A DNA stretch of 32,137 nucleotides from Syntrophomonadaceae bacterium (GTDB lineage Bacteria; Bacillota; Dethiobacteria; DTU022), in the NCBI GenBank assembly GCA_007127255.1, contig SKZS01000077.1, positions 1-32,137 on the forward strand, written 5' to 3'. Shown piece by piece: positions 31,764-32,137 of this stretch. Position numbers and translations under genes: made by a program. Every line of letters starts with the position of its first letter. The stretch's first letter is position 1. The notes under the pieces were generated by a model. The model was not told the origin of the DNA. It saw only the letters and a list, made by a program, of their open reading frames with translations, and made no database searches.

Positions 31764-32137
31764 CTGCCTGCCTCCTTCAGAACTTTTGAGACCTCGGCTA
31801 CATCTTTATCACCGCGCCCCGAAAGACATACTATTACTATCTCATCTGGTGAAGTAAAAGAAGTAAGCTGCTCCAGGTAAGCAAGGGCATGAGCACTCTC
31901 AAGGGCGGGAATAATACCTTCACATTCGGCTAGCAGGGCGAAAGCCTTTAACGCTTCATCATCGGTAACGGCTTCATAAACTGCCCGTTTTGAATCTTTA
32001 AGACAGGCATGTTCGGGGCCAACCCCGGGGTAATCGAGCCCTGCTGAAATTGAATGGGCAATCTCGACCTGTCCGGCTGCATCCTGCAAAAGGTAACTTA
32101 AGTTTCCATGCAGCACTCCGGGTCTTCCGCCTCGTAA
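31760..32137 (-). CDS. trpB: tryptophan synthase beta chain, C-terminal ~125 codons (the 5' end is outside the window)
   Basis: The frame is open to the window edge. It reads [19 protein letters not shown]...[16 protein letters not shown]...[10 protein letters not shown]...LSGRGDKD, which is the typical TrpB C-terminus. The Met at 32116 in the ORF track is internal. Confidence 0.9.
   Translation of the reverse strand, partial: LRGGRPGVLHGNLSYLLQDAAGQVEIAHSISAGLDYPGVGPEHACLKDSKRAVYEAVTDDEALKAFALLAECEGIIPALESAHALAYLEQLTSFTSPDEIVIVCLSGRGDKDVAEVSKVLKEAGR

Overview
This is a 32.1-kb chromosomal window that looks like an anaerobic Firmicutes/Clostridia-type genome. The hints are GGAGG-type RBSs, a lipoprotein-anchored solute-binding protein and the gene content, with roughly 45-55% GC in most genes. 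The taxon cannot be proven without a database search.

I can support about 33 protein-coding genes, two of them cut by the window edges. There is also one clearly decayed copZ-like gene and one possible decayed small ORF. I saw no rRNA, tRNA, CRISPR array, transposase, integrase or phage genes.

Layout:
(1) 1-4474, minus strand: an operon of SCP2, two paralogous DUF2148-like Fe-S proteins, an acyl-CoA synthetase and an acyl-CoA dehydrogenase.
(2) 4896-12801, plus strand: a FadR/LldR-type operator, a TRAP transporter (P, Q, M), a GlcD-type FAD 2-hydroxyacid dehydrogenase and the nickel-pincer racemase homologue LarA. A GntR/FCD regulator and a short-chain dehydrogenase follow.
(3) 12819-15709, minus strand: an OFA-type MFS transporter followed by a low-GC islet of three small orphan genes.
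(4) 15924-18040: cystathionine gamma-lyase plus a CBS-like cysteine synthase (a reverse-transsulfuration pair).
(5) 18331-19460: a copper module with a CsoR box and promoter, a decayed copZ, an intact YHS-domain gene and a convergent autoregulated csoR.
(6) 19537-22717: a nifS, ThiF-like E1 and larE operon.
(7) 23309-28393: a CMD/AhpD-like protein, a CoA-disulfide/persulfide reductase with a rhodanese domain, a split two-gene permease, yaiI and serine acetyltransferase. A GGGACA-rich palindromic repeat family occurs at 25.6 and 27.35 kb.
(8) 28710-32137: a GH18 hydrolase, a SAM methyltransferase, trpA and the 3' part of trpB.

Most worth a second look:
- the cysteine desulfurase, orphan E1-like enzyme and 3-Cys LarE operon, which has no sulfur-carrier gene and no larB/larC
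- the SCP2 and tandem DUF2148 acyl-CoA operon
- the TRAP, GlcD and LarA hydroxyacid module
- the repeat family bracketing a 3-gene segment
- a dyad-symmetric back-to-back promoter pair that shares one palindromic -10

All family assignments come from motif recognition by eye. None has been verified by search.
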